Notes: generated from the letters alone by a model not told the origin. A stretch of DNA of 64,000 nucleotides from Candidatus Methylomirabilia bacterium (GCA_041497895.1 JBGQHJ010000002.1:1-64000), one strand, 5' to 3'. Shown: positions 9,604-21,640, numbered from the stretch's first letter. Numbers and translations: made by a program.

Positions 9604-10594
9604 CGGGGTCAGGTCTTACATTCCGACATTTTCTCTGCCGGAGTGTACCCAGCGCGACACACTTGAAGGCGCGGAGGCCGGAGCGGTAGCGTCGATGAAT
9701 GGCGCGACCGCTCCGGCTGCAGTTCCCCGGCGGGGTGTATCACGTCACCGCACGCGGTAACGACCGGCAGGCGATCTTCGAGGATGACGCGGACTGCTCG
9801 CGGTTCCTCATCGTTCTGGTGTCGGTGGTCGCGCGGTATCGCGTGCGGTGCCACGCGTACTGCCTGATGGGCAATCACTACCACCTGCTGCTGGAGACGC
9901 CGGAACGCAATCTATCCGGAGCGATGCGGCAGCTGAACGGGGTCTACACGCAGCGATTCAATCGGCGGCACGAGCGATGCGGACACGTCCTGCAGGGGCG
10001 ATTCGGGGCCCAGCTCGTCGACGGGCACGCCTATCTCCACGAGGTCTGCCGCTACATTGTTCTGAACCCGGTGCGGGCGGGCGTAGTTTCACACCCGCGC
10101 GATTGGCGCTGGAGCAGCTTCCGCGCGACCGCCGGTGAGGGCCCGGTTCCCGGCTTCCTGACCGTCGACTGGGTGCGGGCCCTTTCCGGGGCCGGCGATC
10201 AAGCGCCCGCGCAGTCGGCGTACGTGCGGTTCGTCGAAGCGGGACTCGGTCAGGATCGGGACGCGCGCGCCCAGTTCGAATCGAAGCCCGCTGTCGGCGA
10301 TGCCGTCTTCGTGCGCCGGCTGGATGGGCATGGCCGCGCGGCCACGCGGTGTACCGAGATCCCGCGCGCCCAGCGCTTCACGGCCAGACCCGAGCTCGCC
10401 CACCTATTCGTCGGCACCACCACCCGCGTCGAGCGCAACGCCCGCGCGGTCACCGCGGTGCGCGACCACGGCTACACCATGAAGGAGGCGGCCGACTTCA
10501 TCGGCCGCCACTACGTCACGGTGAGCCGCGCCCTCGCCCGCGCGGACGGGCTGCCGCCCGGCGGAAAAATGTCGGAATGTAAGACCTGACCCCG
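9604..10594. mobile_element. RAYT/Y1-transposase element bounded by 29-bp inverted repeats
   Basis: CGGGGTCAGGTCTTACATTCCGACATTTT (9604-9632) and its exact reverse complement (10566-10594) flank the transposase; inserted between convergent stop codons. Confidence 0.85.
9699..10589 (+). CDS. REP-associated tyrosine transposase (HUH Y1) with C-terminal HTH
   Basis: YHVTARGN, MGNHYHLL (HUH), QGRF, YIVLNPVRAG, WSS; C-terminal YTMKEAADFIGRHYVTVSR HTH. Confidence 0.9.
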   Translation: MARPLRLQFPGGVYHVTARGNDRQAIFEDDADCSRFLIVLVSVVARYRVRCHAYCLMGNHYHLLLETPERNLSGAMRQLNGVYTQRFNRRHERCGHVLQGRFGAQLVDGHAYLHEVCRYIVLNPVRAGVVSHPRDWRWSSFRATAGEGPVPGFLTVDWVRALSGAGDQAPAQSAYVRFVEAGLGQDRDARAQFESKPAVGDAVFVRRLDGHGRAATRCTEIPRAQRFTARPELAHLFVGTTTRVERNARAVTAVRDHGYTMKEAADFIGRHYVTVSRALARADGLPPGGKMSECKT

Positions 10595-10596
10595 GC

Positions 10597-12396
<1,800 letters not shown>

Positions 12397-12493
12397 GCCT
12401 TTCACTGTACCACGGATAGAGTGGCGGACCGGCGCGACGGTGGGGCATAATGATGCGTCCACCCCGGTTTCCCACGTCAAGGAGGACTCATCG

Positions 12494-13075
12494 GTGAAGG
12501 CTCGCATGGCCACCATCGCGCTCGTCGCGCTGCTCGCCGCGCTCCTGCTGCCCGCGCCCCGCCCGGTCACCCTGGCCGGCGCCCAGCAGCCCACGCAACC
12601 GGCACCCCCAGACGCGCCCAAAGGAGGGAAGAGGGTGAAACAGACCGCGGTCATCACCATGGAGAAGGGCGGCGAGATCAACATCGAGTTCTTTCCGGAA
12701 GACGCCCCCAAGACGGTGGAGAACTTCGTGACGCTGGCCAAGAAGGGCTTCTACGACGGGGTGACCTTCCACCGGGTGGAGCCGAACTTCGTCGTGCAGG
12801 GTGGAGACCCCAAGGGCAACGGCACCGGCGGCCCCGGCTACACGATCAAGGACGAGTTCAACAAGCAGAAGCACGTCCGCGGCGTGGTGGCCATGGCCCG
12901 CACCCAGGCTCCCAACTCGGCGGGCAGCCAGTTCTACATCACGCTGGCCCCCGCGCACTTCCTGGACGGCCAGTACACCGTCTTCGGCCGGGTCACCTCC
13001 GGCATGGAGGTGGCGGATAAGATCAAGGTCGGCGACAAGATGAAGTCGGTGAAGATCATCGAAGCCGCCCAGTAA
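12494..13075 (+). CDS. Exported cyclophilin-type peptidyl-prolyl isomerase
   Basis: Signal peptide; [39 protein letters not shown]. Confidence 0.93.
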   Translation: MKARMATIALVALLAALLLPAPRPVTLAGAQQPTQPAPPDAPKGGKRVKQTAVITMEKGGEINIEFFPEDAPKTVENFVTLAKKGFYDGVTFHRVEPNFVVQGGDPKGNGTGGPGYTIKDEFNKQKHVRGVVAMARTQAPNSAGSQFYITLAPAHFLDGQYTVFGRVTSGMEVADKIKVGDKMKSVKIIEAAQ

Positions 13076-13079
13076 TCCC

Positions 13080-14678
13080 ATGGCCTGGTCGCTCCTGATC
13101 CGGAACGGCACGGTGGTGGACGGCAGCGGCGCCCCCGCGCGCGCCGCCGACGTGGCGGTGGAGGGCGATCGCATCGCCGCGGTGGGGCCGGGCCTGGCCG
13201 GCGAGGCGGCCCGGGTGATCGACGCCAAGGACCTGATGGTCGTCCCCGGCTTCATCGACATCCACTCGCACTCGGACCTGGTCTACGACAAGTGCCCGTC
13301 GGCCGAGTCCAAGGTGCGTCAGGGCGTGACCACCGAGGTGGTGGGCATGTGCAGCTTCTCGCCGGCTCCGGTGGCCCCCGGCCGCGCCGATCTGGTGCAG
13401 GAGTGGGCCGGCGGCATCGGCGGCAAGATCCCCATCACCTGGAACACCTTCGGCGAGTACCTCGACCACGTGCGCTCGCTCGGGCCGTCGGTGAACATCG
13501 TGCAGTTCGTGGGGCACGGCGCCCTGCGCCTGGCCGCGGTCGGCCCCGCGGCACGCCCGGTCACTCCCGACGAGCAGAAGGGCATGGAGCGCTTGCTCGC
13601 GGAGGCGCTCGACGCGGGCGCCTTCGGCTTCTCCACCGGGCTCGTCTACGCTCCCAGCGTCTACGGCAACACCGACGAGCTGGTGGCGCTCGCCCGGAGC
13701 ATGGCCAGCCGCGGCGGGCTCTACTTCTCCCACATCCGAGGGGAGGCGGCCACACTCGAGCAGGCCGCGGAGGAAGCCATCAAGATCGGCGAGCAGGGCG
13801 GGGTGCCGGTGCAGATCGCCCACGTCAAGGCCTCGGGCCGCGAGAACTGGGGCAAGATGGACCGCGTGCTCCGCATGATCGACAGCGCGCGCGCCCGCGG
13901 CGTGGACGTGACCGGCGACGTCTATCCCTATCCGGCCGGCAGCACCAAGATGGACAACCTGCTGCCCTCGTGGATGCACGACGGCGGCATCTCCAAGCTG
14001 CTCGAGCGCCTCACCGATCCGAAGGCGCGGCAGCGCGCCATCGCGGACTGCCTCGTGGACGGCGAGCGCTGGCGCACCGGCTCGGGGGGCATGGGCTGGG
14101 ACGAGATCATGATCGCCACCTGCTCGAAGCCGGAGCTGGCCGGCATCCACATCGCGGAGCTGGCCCGGCGCACCGGCAAGGAGCCGGCCCAGGCCATGAT
14201 GGACCTGGTGATGGAGGAGCGCGCCGGCGTCTCGATGGTGGTGTTCTCCCAGAGCGAGGAGAACGTGGGGACCGCGCTCGGCTACGCCCACAACATGGTG
14301 GGCTCGGACTCGCTGTCGCTCCACGCCGGCCCGGGCCCGCACCCCGGCAAGCCCCACCCGCGCAGCTACGGGACGTTCCCGCGGGTGCTCGGCGTCTACT
14401 GTCGCGAGAAGCGGCTCTTCTCCTGGGAGACCGCGGTGCACAAGATGACCGGCATGGCCGCGACCAAGCTCGGCCTCAAGGACCGCGGGCTGGTGCAGGG
14501 CGGATGCGCCGCCGATCTCACGTTGTTCGACCCGGCCACCGTGCGCGACGAGGCCACGTTCCCGGATCCGCACCGGCACCCGGTCGGCATCCCCTACGTG
14601 ATCGTCAACGGACAGGTGGTGGTCGACGGCCCGCGGTACCACGCGGTGCCGGCCGGCCGCGTGCTGACGCCTCAGTAG
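13080..14678 (+). CDS. N-acyl-D-amino-acid deacylase (amidohydrolase)
   Basis: PGFIDIHSHSD, QGVTTEV, SHIRGE, PHPRSYGTFPRVLG, GSD. Confidence 0.88.
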   Translation: MAWSLLIRNGTVVDGSGAPARAADVAVEGDRIAAVGPGLAGEAARVIDAKDLMVVPGFIDIHSHSDLVYDKCPSAESKVRQGVTTEVVGMCSFSPAPVAPGRADLVQEWAGGIGGKIPITWNTFGEYLDHVRSLGPSVNIVQFVGHGALRLAAVGPAARPVTPDEQKGMERLLAEALDAGAFGFSTGLVYAPSVYGNTDELVALARSMASRGGLYFSHIRGEAATLEQAAEEAIKIGEQGGVPVQIAHVKASGRENWGKMDRVLRMIDSARARGVDVTGDVYPYPAGSTKMDNLLPSWMHDGGISKLLERLTDPKARQRAIADCLVDGERWRTGSGGMGWDEIMIATCSKPELAGIHIAELARRTGKEPAQAMMDLVMEERAGVSMVVFSQSEENVGTALGYAHNMVGSDSLSLHAGPGPHPGKPHPRSYGTFPRVLGVYCREKRLFSWETAVHKMTGMAATKLGLKDRGLVQGGCAADLTLFDPATVRDEATFPDPHRHPVGIPYVIVNGQVVVDGPRYHAVPAGRVLTPQ

Positions 14679-15034
14679 CTCACGCAGGGGCTGCCGTCGG
14701 AGAGAAACTCGACGAGCTTGGCACCGCCGCCGATGGCCGCGCCCGCCACCAGGCTATTTTCGTCGAGCCGGCGCTTCTTGAAGCAGGGCGAGCAGACCAG
14801 GATCGCCCCGCCCGCTTTCACGAAGTTCTCCATCAGCTCCTTGAGTGGGGCAAATCCTTCTTCGCGGATGTCGTCCGCGTAGCCCTTCTGGGCGAGCCGC
14901 ACCGCCTCGATGCTGAGAAAGACCAGGGCCTCCTTGCCGGAGCCGACGGCCGCGTTGGCGATGACGAACGCCACGGTGGCCTTGTCGGGGTTGTCCTTGG
15001 CGCAGGTGAGGTTGACGCAGAACTTGTTGGCCAT
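14672..15034 (-). CDS. DsrE/DsrF-like family protein
   Basis: ATVAFVIANAA, VFLSIEAV, LVCSPCFKKR. Confidence 0.8.
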   Translation of the reverse strand: MANKFCVNLTCAKDNPDKATVAFVIANAAVGSGKEALVFLSIEAVRLAQKGYADDIREEGFAPLKELMENFVKAGGAILVCSPCFKKRRLDENSLVAGAAIGGGAKLVEFLSDGSPCVSY

Positions 15035-15037
15035 CGC

Positions 15038-15274
15038 TCAGTCCTCCTTGCGCTGGATCAAGTAGACCGGAGGCTGTCCACCGACCAGCGGGTTTCCGGT
15101 CATTCGGCACCAGGCCGGGATATCGGCCGGCGCGCCGGGATCGCGGGCGGTCAGCTTCATGATCTGCCCCGGCTTCATGGGGTCAAGGTGGAAGCGGAGC
15201 GCGAGGACGAGCTCGCCGCACCCCGTGTCGCCGGCGTCCCACTCGGCGTCCACTCGGACCGACGCGTCACCCAC
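15038..15274 (-). CDS. TusA/SirA-family sulfur carrier
   Basis: DAGDTGCG, DPGAPADIPAWC; 78 aa. Confidence 0.82.
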   Translation of the reverse strand: MGDASVRVDAEWDAGDTGCGELVLALRFHLDPMKPGQIMKLTARDPGAPADIPAWCRMTGNPLVGGQPPVYLIQRKED

Positions 15275-16206
15275 TAGGCAGCCCAGCGGCCGTCGCGCAG
15301 ATACTGGACCGCCGCCAGGGCGGCGGTGGCCCCGTCGCCCGCGGAGGTCACCAGCTGGCGCGCGGACTCCGCGCGCACGTCGCCCGCGGCGAGGACGCCC
15401 GGCACGGGCGTGCGCATGCGCAGGTCGGTCACGACCTGCCCGCGGGCGTCGAGCGGCACGAGGCCGCCCAGGAACTCGGTGTTGGGCGTGAGCCCCGCGT
15501 AGATGAACACGCCGCTGGCCGGGACCGCGGCGACCTTGCCGGTGGCCAGGTCCTCGACCTGCACGCGCTCGACCGCGTCGGCGCCCTCGATGGCGCGCAG
15601 CGCCGCGTTCCAGCGGAACGAGACCTTGCGCTCGCTGCGCGCGCGCTCCTGCAGGCTCGCGCAGGCCCGGAGGCGGTCGCGGCGGTGCAGCACCGTGACC
15701 GAGGAGGCGTACTGGGTGAGGTGCAGCGCCTCGTCCACCGCCGCGTCCCCGCCGCCCACCACGACGACCGGCTTCTGCATGAAGAAGGAGCCGTCGCAGG
15801 AGGCGCAGTGGGAGATGCCGCGCCCCACGAACTTCTCCTCGCCCGGGACGCCGAGCGTGGCGAAGCGCGAGCCGCTCGCGACGATCAGGGTGCGCGTCGC
15901 GTGGGAGCCGCCGTCGGTCTCGACGAGGAGAAGATCGCCGTCGCGGCGGACCGCGGCGACCTCGTTCATCGCGACCTGCAGCCCGGCCGCGGTCGCCTGC
16001 TCCTGGAGCAGCGGGCCCAGGGTGTAGCCCGCGACGCCCTGGGGGAAGCCGGGGAAGTTGGTGATGTGCTCGCAGTTGAGCACCTGGCCTCCGGCCGAGA
16101 ACTTCTCGAGCAGCAGCGCGCGGCAGCGATCGCGGGCGGCGAAGATGCCGGCGGTGTAGCCGGCGGCCCCGCCGCCCACGATCAGGACGTCCTGGACGTC
16201 CGCCAC
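15274..16206 (-). CDS. trxB: Thioredoxin-disulfide reductase
   Basis: IVGGGAAG, GISHCASCDG, VGGGDAA, HRR, AAGDV. Confidence 0.88.
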   Translation of the reverse strand: MADVQDVLIVGGGAAGYTAGIFAARDRCRALLLEKFSAGGQVLNCEHITNFPGFPQGVAGYTLGPLLQEQATAAGLQVAMNEVAAVRRDGDLLLVETDGGSHATRTLIVASGSRFATLGVPGEEKFVGRGISHCASCDGSFFMQKPVVVVGGGDAAVDEALHLTQYASSVTVLHRRDRLRACASLQERARSERKVSFRWNAALRAIEGADAVERVQVEDLATGKVAAVPASGVFIYAGLTPNTEFLGGLVPLDARGQVVTDLRMRTPVPGVLAAGDVRAESARQLVTSAGDGATAALAAVQYLRDGRWAA

Positions 16207-16219
16207 GCCGTGGGTCCGG

Positions 16220-16726
16220 CTAGCCGATCTGCTTCAGCATCGTGTCGGCGTCGCTCACCTCGAACTTGCCGGGGGCCTCGACGTTCAGCGCCTTCACCAC
16301 CCCGTTGTCCACCAGCATCGAGTAGCGCTGGGAGCGCACCCCCATGCCGCGGGCGGTGAGGTCCATCTCGAGACCGAGCGCCTTGGTGAGGGCGGCGCTG
16401 CCGTCGGCCATCATGCGCACCTTGCCGGTGCTCTTCTGGTCCTTGGCCCACGCGCCCATGACGAAGGCGTCGTTGACCGAGACGCACCACACCTCGTCCA
16501 CGCCCTTGCCCTTGAGCTTGTCGATGTTGGCCACGTAGCTCGGCACGTGCTTGGCCGAGCAGGTGGGAGTGAAGGCGCCGGGCAGGCCGAACACCACGAT
16601 CTTCTTGCCCTTGGTCAGGTCCGACACCTGGAACGCGTTGGGGCCGACGGTGCAGCCCGGGGTCTCCTGCTCGATGAACTCCGTGAGCGTGCCGTCCGGC
16701 ACGCGGTCACCGACCTTGATCGGCAT
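16220..16726 (-). CDS. Peroxiredoxin (Prx5-like redoxin)
   Basis: PGAFTPTCSAKH, SVNDAFVMGAW, RSQRYSM. Confidence 0.93.
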   Translation of the reverse strand: MPIKVGDRVPDGTLTEFIEQETPGCTVGPNAFQVSDLTKGKKIVVFGLPGAFTPTCSAKHVPSYVANIDKLKGKGVDEVWCVSVNDAFVMGAWAKDQKSTGKVRMMADGSAALTKALGLEMDLTARGMGVRSQRYSMLVDNGVVKALNVEAPGKFEVSDADTMLKQIG

Positions 16727-16955
16727 GGGTCTCCTCCTCGGGAAACGGTTGTTGTGCTAGGTCCGGCCCGCCGCGATTCAGCGAGCGGCCGCTAGGGTAC
16801 CACAGCGGGCCGGGCGACGCCCGGCCGGGAGCGGAGCTCATGTAAATCCCCGTTTCCGCGGGCGATGCGGAGCGGCCGATCGACTCGGGGCCGGGGCGGC
16901 GGGCTCGGTCGTGAAGTGCGCCAGCGGGCGGATCCGCGCGGTGCGGGGGATGTGC

Positions 16956-19733
16956 CTAGATCGTCAGCTCGTCGAATGCCTGGCCGCCGCCGAAGCTCGC
17001 GTGCACCGGGGTCGGGCCGCCCTTCGTCACCTTCACCGCGCAGTACTTGAATTCCGGTATCTTGCCGAACGGATCGAGCGCCGGGTTGGTGAGCATGTTG
17101 GCGGCCGCCTCGTAGTAGCAGAACGGGATGAACACCGCGCCCGCCGGGGTGCCGTCGTCGGCGCGGGCGTAGAGCGAGATCTTCCCGCGGCGGGATTCCA
17201 CCGTGACGATCTCACCCGGCTTGACGTCGAGCCGGTCGAGCTCGAGCGGATGGAGCGACGCGACCGGCTCGGGCTCGATGTGGTCGAGGATCGTGGCCCG
17301 GCGCGTCATCGCGCCGGTGTGCCAGTGCTCGAGCTGCCGGCCGGTGATGAGGACCATCGGATAGTCCGCGTCCGGGCGCTCCGCCGCCCTGATCAGGTCC
17401 GCGGGCACGAACCGGCCGCGGCCGGTGGCGGTGGGAAAGCGGGTGACGAAGACGGTCGGGTCCCCCGGATCGCCCTCCTTCTCGCACGGATACGTCACCG
17501 AGGACTCGCGCTCGAGGCGCTCCCAGGTGATGCCCGCGATGGAGTTCATGCACCGGCGCATCTCGTCGAAGACCTCGCGGGGGTGCGTGTAGTTCCACGG
17601 AAGGCCCATGCGCTTCGCCAGCTCGTTGATGAGCCAGAGGTCTTCCTTCGCCCCGCCGGGCGGCTCGAGGGCCTTGCGCCCGAGCTGCACCATGCGGTCG
17701 GTGTTGGTGACGGTCCCGACCTTCTCCGGCCACGCGGTCGCCGGGAGCACCACGTCGGCGAGATAGGCGGTCTCGGTGAGGAAGATGTCCTGCACCACGA
17801 GGTGATCGAGCGTGGCGAGCGCCTCCCGGGCGTGCTCCACGTCGGGGTCGGACATCGCGGGGTTCTCGCCCATGATGTACATGCCGCGGATCTCCTGCTT
17901 CTTCGCGGCCTGGATGATCTCGACGACGGTGAGCCCCGGCTGCGGATCGAGGGCCACCCCCCAGAGCTTCTCGAAGCGCTCCCGCACGGTCCGCGACGCC
18001 ACCCCCTGGTAGTCGGGATAGAACATCGGGATGAGCCCCGAGTCGGAGGCGCCCTGCACGTTGTTCTGGCCTCGCAGCGGGTGGAGGCCGGTGCCCGGCC
18101 TCCCGATCTGCCCGGTCGCGAGCGCGAGCGCGATCAGGCAGCGCGCGTTGTCGGTCCCGTGCACGTGCTGCGAGATTCCCATGCCCCACATGATCATCGA
18201 GGCCTTCGAGGTCGCGTACAGCCGCGCGACATCGCGGATGGTGTTCGGGTCGACGCCGCAGATCGCGGCCATCACCTCGGGCGAGAACTTCTTCACGTTG
18301 TCGACGAGCGCGTCGTAGCCGGACGTGCGGTCGCGGATGAAGGCCTCGTCGACCAGGCCCTCCTCGACGATGACGTGGAGCATCGCGTTCAGGAGCGCGA
18401 CGTCGGTGTCGGCCTTGAACTGCAGGTTGTACGTCGCGTAGCGCGCGAGGTCGCCGCGGCGGGGGTCGGCCACGATGAGCTTCACCCCCGCCTTGGCCGC
18501 GTTCTTCATCCACGTCGCCGCGACGGGATGGTTCACCGTCGGGTTGGATCCGATGAGGAAGATCACCTCCGCCTTCATCACGTCGCGTACCTGGTTCGAG
18601 ACCGCCCCCGAGTTGATGCCCTCCATGAGCGCGGCGACGCTGGAGGCGTGGCACAGCCGGGTGCAGTGATCGACGTTGTTGGAGCCGAAGCCGGTGCGCA
18701 CCAGCTTCTGGAAGAGATAGGCCTCCTCGTTGGTCCCCTTGGCCGACCCGAAGCCGGCGAGCGCCTTCTTGCCGTGGATGCTCCGGATGTCGCGCAGGCC
18801 TCCCGCCGCGAGGTCGAGCGCCTCGTCCCAGGTCGCCTCGCGGAACACCTCGGCCCAGTCGTCCGGATCGACCGCGAAGTCCTTGTGCTTCTTCACGCCC
18901 GGCCGGCGGATGAGCGGCTTCGTGAGGCGGTGCCGGTGCTGCACGTAGTCGAAGCCGTAGCGTCCCTTCACGCACAGGCGGTTGCGGTTCGCGGGCCCGC
19001 CGCGACCCTCCACGCGGAGAATCTTGTTGTCCTTGACGTGGTAGGTCAGCAGGCACCCGACGCCGCAGTAGGGGCAGACCGAGTCCACCGTCCGGTCGGC
19101 CCGGACCATGCCGACCTCTCGCGCCGGCATGAGGGCCCCGGTGGGGCAGGCCTGGACGCACTCGCCGCAGGCGACGCAGGTGGACTCGCCCATGGGATCG
19201 GCGAGGTCGAAGACGATCCGGGAATGCTCCCCGCGAAACGCGTAGCCGATCACGTCGTTGACTTGCTCCTCGCGGCAGGCGCGCACGCAGCGCGTGCACT
19301 GGATGCACGCGGCGAGGTTGACCGCGATCGCGGAGTGGGAGAGGTCCGCCGTCGGCTGGAGCCGCGGCTCGAAGCGCGGCTTGCCGACCCCCAGCGCCTG
19401 GGCCCAGTGCGCGAGCTCGGAGTCGAGGGTGTAGGATCGCTCGGGGACGTCGGAGAGCAGGAGCTCGAGGACCATCTTCTGGCTCGTGCGCGCGCGCGCG
19501 CTGTCGGTGGTCACTTCCATCCCGGGGGTCGGATGGCGGCAGCAGGAGGGCGCGAGCACGCGCTCGCCCTTGACCTCGACCACGCAGGCGCGGCAGTTGC
19601 CGTCGGGACGCAGGCCCTCCTGGTAGCAGAGGTGCGGAATCTCGATGCCGTACCGCCTGGCGGTCTGGATGATGGACTCGCCGGGGCTGCCGACGACGGC
19701 CCGGCCGTCGAGCGTGAAGTCGATCGGCGTCAC
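16956..19733 (-). CDS. fdhF: Formate dehydrogenase alpha subunit (Mo/W-bisPGD, Cys ligand)
   Basis: N-terminal 2Fe-2S and 2x4Fe-4S motifs, CPYCGVGC, CVKGRYG, NNVDHCTRLCHAS, LRGQNNVQG, PEFKYCAV; GTG overlaps upstream stop. Confidence 0.93.
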   Translation of the reverse strand: MTPIDFTLDGRAVVGSPGESIIQTARRYGIEIPHLCYQEGLRPDGNCRACVVEVKGERVLAPSCCRHPTPGMEVTTDSARARTSQKMVLELLLSDVPERSYTLDSELAHWAQALGVGKPRFEPRLQPTADLSHSAIAVNLAACIQCTRCVRACREEQVNDVIGYAFRGEHSRIVFDLADPMGESTCVACGECVQACPTGALMPAREVGMVRADRTVDSVCPYCGVGCLLTYHVKDNKILRVEGRGGPANRNRLCVKGRYGFDYVQHRHRLTKPLIRRPGVKKHKDFAVDPDDWAEVFREATWDEALDLAAGGLRDIRSIHGKKALAGFGSAKGTNEEAYLFQKLVRTGFGSNNVDHCTRLCHASSVAALMEGINSGAVSNQVRDVMKAEVIFLIGSNPTVNHPVAATWMKNAAKAGVKLIVADPRRGDLARYATYNLQFKADTDVALLNAMLHVIVEEGLVDEAFIRDRTSGYDALVDNVKKFSPEVMAAICGVDPNTIRDVARLYATSKASMIMWGMGISQHVHGTDNARCLIALALATGQIGRPGTGLHPLRGQNNVQGASDSGLIPMFYPDYQGVASRTVRERFEKLWGVALDPQPGLTVVEIIQAAKKQEIRGMYIMGENPAMSDPDVEHAREALATLDHLVVQDIFLTETAYLADVVLPATAWPEKVGTVTNTDRMVQLGRKALEPPGGAKEDLWLINELAKRMGLPWNYTHPREVFDEMRRCMNSIAGITWERLERESSVTYPCEKEGDPGDPTVFVTRFPTATGRGRFVPADLIRAAERPDADYPMVLITGRQLEHWHTGAMTRRATILDHIEPEPVASLHPLELDRLDVKPGEIVTVESRRGKISLYARADDGTPAGAVFIPFCYYEAAANMLTNPALDPFGKIPEFKYCAVKVTKGGPTPVHASFGGGQAFDELTI

Positions 19734-21475
19734 GCGATCTCGCTCGCGAAGTACCTGATCACCGAGAGCACCGGGTTGGGGGCGGCCTGGCCGAGCCCGC
19801 AGATGGAGGCGTCCATCATGGCCTGGGACAGCTCCTTCAGCAGATCCTGGTCCCATCTCGGCTTCTCTACGAGCTTGAGCGCCTTGGCGGTGCCCACCCG
19901 GCAGGGCGTGCACTGGCCGCAGGATTCCTCGGAGAAGAAGCCGATCAGGTTCCTCGCCGCGGTGGTGGCCCGATCCTGGTCGGAGAGGATCACGATCGCG
20001 GCCGACCCGATGAAGCAGCCGTACTGGGTCAGGGTGTCGAAGTCGAGCGGGATGTCCGCCATGGTGGCGGGCAGGATGCCGCCGGACGCTCCGCCGGGCA
20101 GATAGGCGTAGAAGCGATGACCGTCCTGCATCCCGCCCGCGTACTCGTCGATCAGCTCCCGCGCGGTGATTCCGGCGGGGGCGAGGTGCAATCCCCGCTT
20201 CTTGACCCGGCCGCTCACCGAGAACGACCGGAGCCCCTTGCGTCCGTGGCGACCGTGCGACGCGAACCAGGCCGCTCCGTTCTCGAGGATCTCGCGCACC
20301 CAGTGCAGCGTCTCCATGTTGTGCTCGAGGGTGGGCCGGCCGAACAAGCCGACCTGGGCCACGTAGGGCGGCCGCAGGCGCGGCATGCCGCGCTTGCCCT
20401 CGATCGATTCGATCATCGCGGACTCCTCGCCGCAGATGTAGGCGCCCGCTCCGCGCCGCAGGTGGATGGGGGGGATGGGGCACGGCGGGTTCGCCCGGAG
20501 CGCGGCCAGCTCCCGCTCCAGGATGGCGCGGCAGCCGTGGTACTCGTCGCGGAGATAGACGTAGATCTCGTCGATCCCGACCGCCCACGCGGCGATGAGC
20601 GCGCCCTCGAGAAAGCGATGCGGATCGCGCTCGAGATACCAGCGATCCTTGAACGTGCCCGGCTCGCCCTCGTCGATGTTGACCGCCATCAGCCGGGGCG
20701 CAGGCTCCGCCGCGACCGCCTTCCACTTGCGTCCCGCCGGAAAGCCCGCCCCGCCCAGGCCGCGCAGGCCGGAATTCTCCATCACCGCGATCACGTCCTC
20801 GCGCGGCTTCGTGCCGGCCCGGCACGACGCGGCGAGAGCATAGCCGCCGCCGGCCCGGTAGGCCGCGTAGTCGACGTAGGAAGGGCTCACGACGTCGAGG
20901 TGCGGGTGCCTGGCCCCCGAGCCGGGCGCGGGGTGAGTCACCGCCTTCGCGGTCACCAGATCGGCGACCTTGCCGACCGTCGCGTGCGGCAGGGGGTTCT
21001 GGCCGACGGCCGCGCTGGGAGCCGTCTCGCAGCGCCCGATGCAGGGGGCGTGGAGCACACGCACGTCTCGTCCGAGCATGCCGGGCAGGCTCGCCAGCAG
21101 GTCGTTCGCGCCGGCCATCTCGCAGGCGATCGAGTTACAGACGCGCACCGTGATCGCGGGCGGCACCGCGTCCCCTTCCTTGACCACGTCGAAGTGGTGG
21201 TAGAAGGTCGCGACCTCGTAGACCTCGGCCATCGGGAGCTTCATCTCCTCGGCCAGCGCCACCAGATGCGCGGCGGAGAGATGACCGTAGCGGTCCTGCA
21301 CGCGATGGAGGTACTCGATCAGGAGGTCGCGCCGACGCGGCGCGTCTTCCAGCAGGGCCCGCACGTCCTCACGGGCCTGGGGCTCGACTTGACGTCCCTT
21401 GAGCGTGGCCCGGACGCCGGTGCGTCTTGCGCGCGGCCGCGGCCCCGGTTGCGGCGAAGACCCCCGGTCGTTCAT
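19730..21475 (-). CDS. NAD-linked formate dehydrogenase beta subunit (NuoE-NuoF fusion)
   Basis: N-terminal VATFYHHF/CNSIAC/CIGRC; C-terminal GLGGAGFP, NIDEGEPG, GAYICGEE, ESCGQCTPCR. Confidence 0.9.
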   Translation of the reverse strand: MNDRGSSPQPGPRPRARRTGVRATLKGRQVEPQAREDVRALLEDAPRRRDLLIEYLHRVQDRYGHLSAAHLVALAEEMKLPMAEVYEVATFYHHFDVVKEGDAVPPAITVRVCNSIACEMAGANDLLASLPGMLGRDVRVLHAPCIGRCETAPSAAVGQNPLPHATVGKVADLVTAKAVTHPAPGSGARHPHLDVVSPSYVDYAAYRAGGGYALAASCRAGTKPREDVIAVMENSGLRGLGGAGFPAGRKWKAVAAEPAPRLMAVNIDEGEPGTFKDRWYLERDPHRFLEGALIAAWAVGIDEIYVYLRDEYHGCRAILERELAALRANPPCPIPPIHLRRGAGAYICGEESAMIESIEGKRGMPRLRPPYVAQVGLFGRPTLEHNMETLHWVREILENGAAWFASHGRHGRKGLRSFSVSGRVKKRGLHLAPAGITARELIDEYAGGMQDGHRFYAYLPGGASGGILPATMADIPLDFDTLTQYGCFIGSAAIVILSDQDRATTAARNLIGFFSEESCGQCTPCRVGTAKALKLVEKPRWDQDLLKELSQAMMDASICGLGQAAPNPVLSVIRYFASEIA

Positions 21476-21640
21476 GGGCCCATTCTAGCGCCCGGCTCGC
21501 GGCAACCACTCGACCCGAATCGGGGGGCGTGGCCTCTTCGCCTGGCGCGGCGCGTTAGCGAAGACCAAGCGTTCTCTTACACCTCGGCACCGGGCGTGAG
21601 GCTGGCCGAGGCCGGCGGCCTTGGGGTAGATTCGGTTCAG

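Noticed and set aside
9609..9884. Minus-strand ORF ending in KMSECKT, identical to the transposase C-terminus
   Set aside because: The identity is simply the inverted repeat read on the other strand; the ORF is antisense to the transposase.
18640..18680. Possible selenocysteine in the FDH alpha subunit
   Set aside because: The active-site loop reads CTRLCHAS with an ordinary Cys codon and the ORF is uninterrupted.
16956..20825. 1289-aa ORF as one giant protein
   Set aside because: The first roughly 360 codons overlap the beta-subunit gene in another frame; the real alpha subunit starts at GTG 19733.
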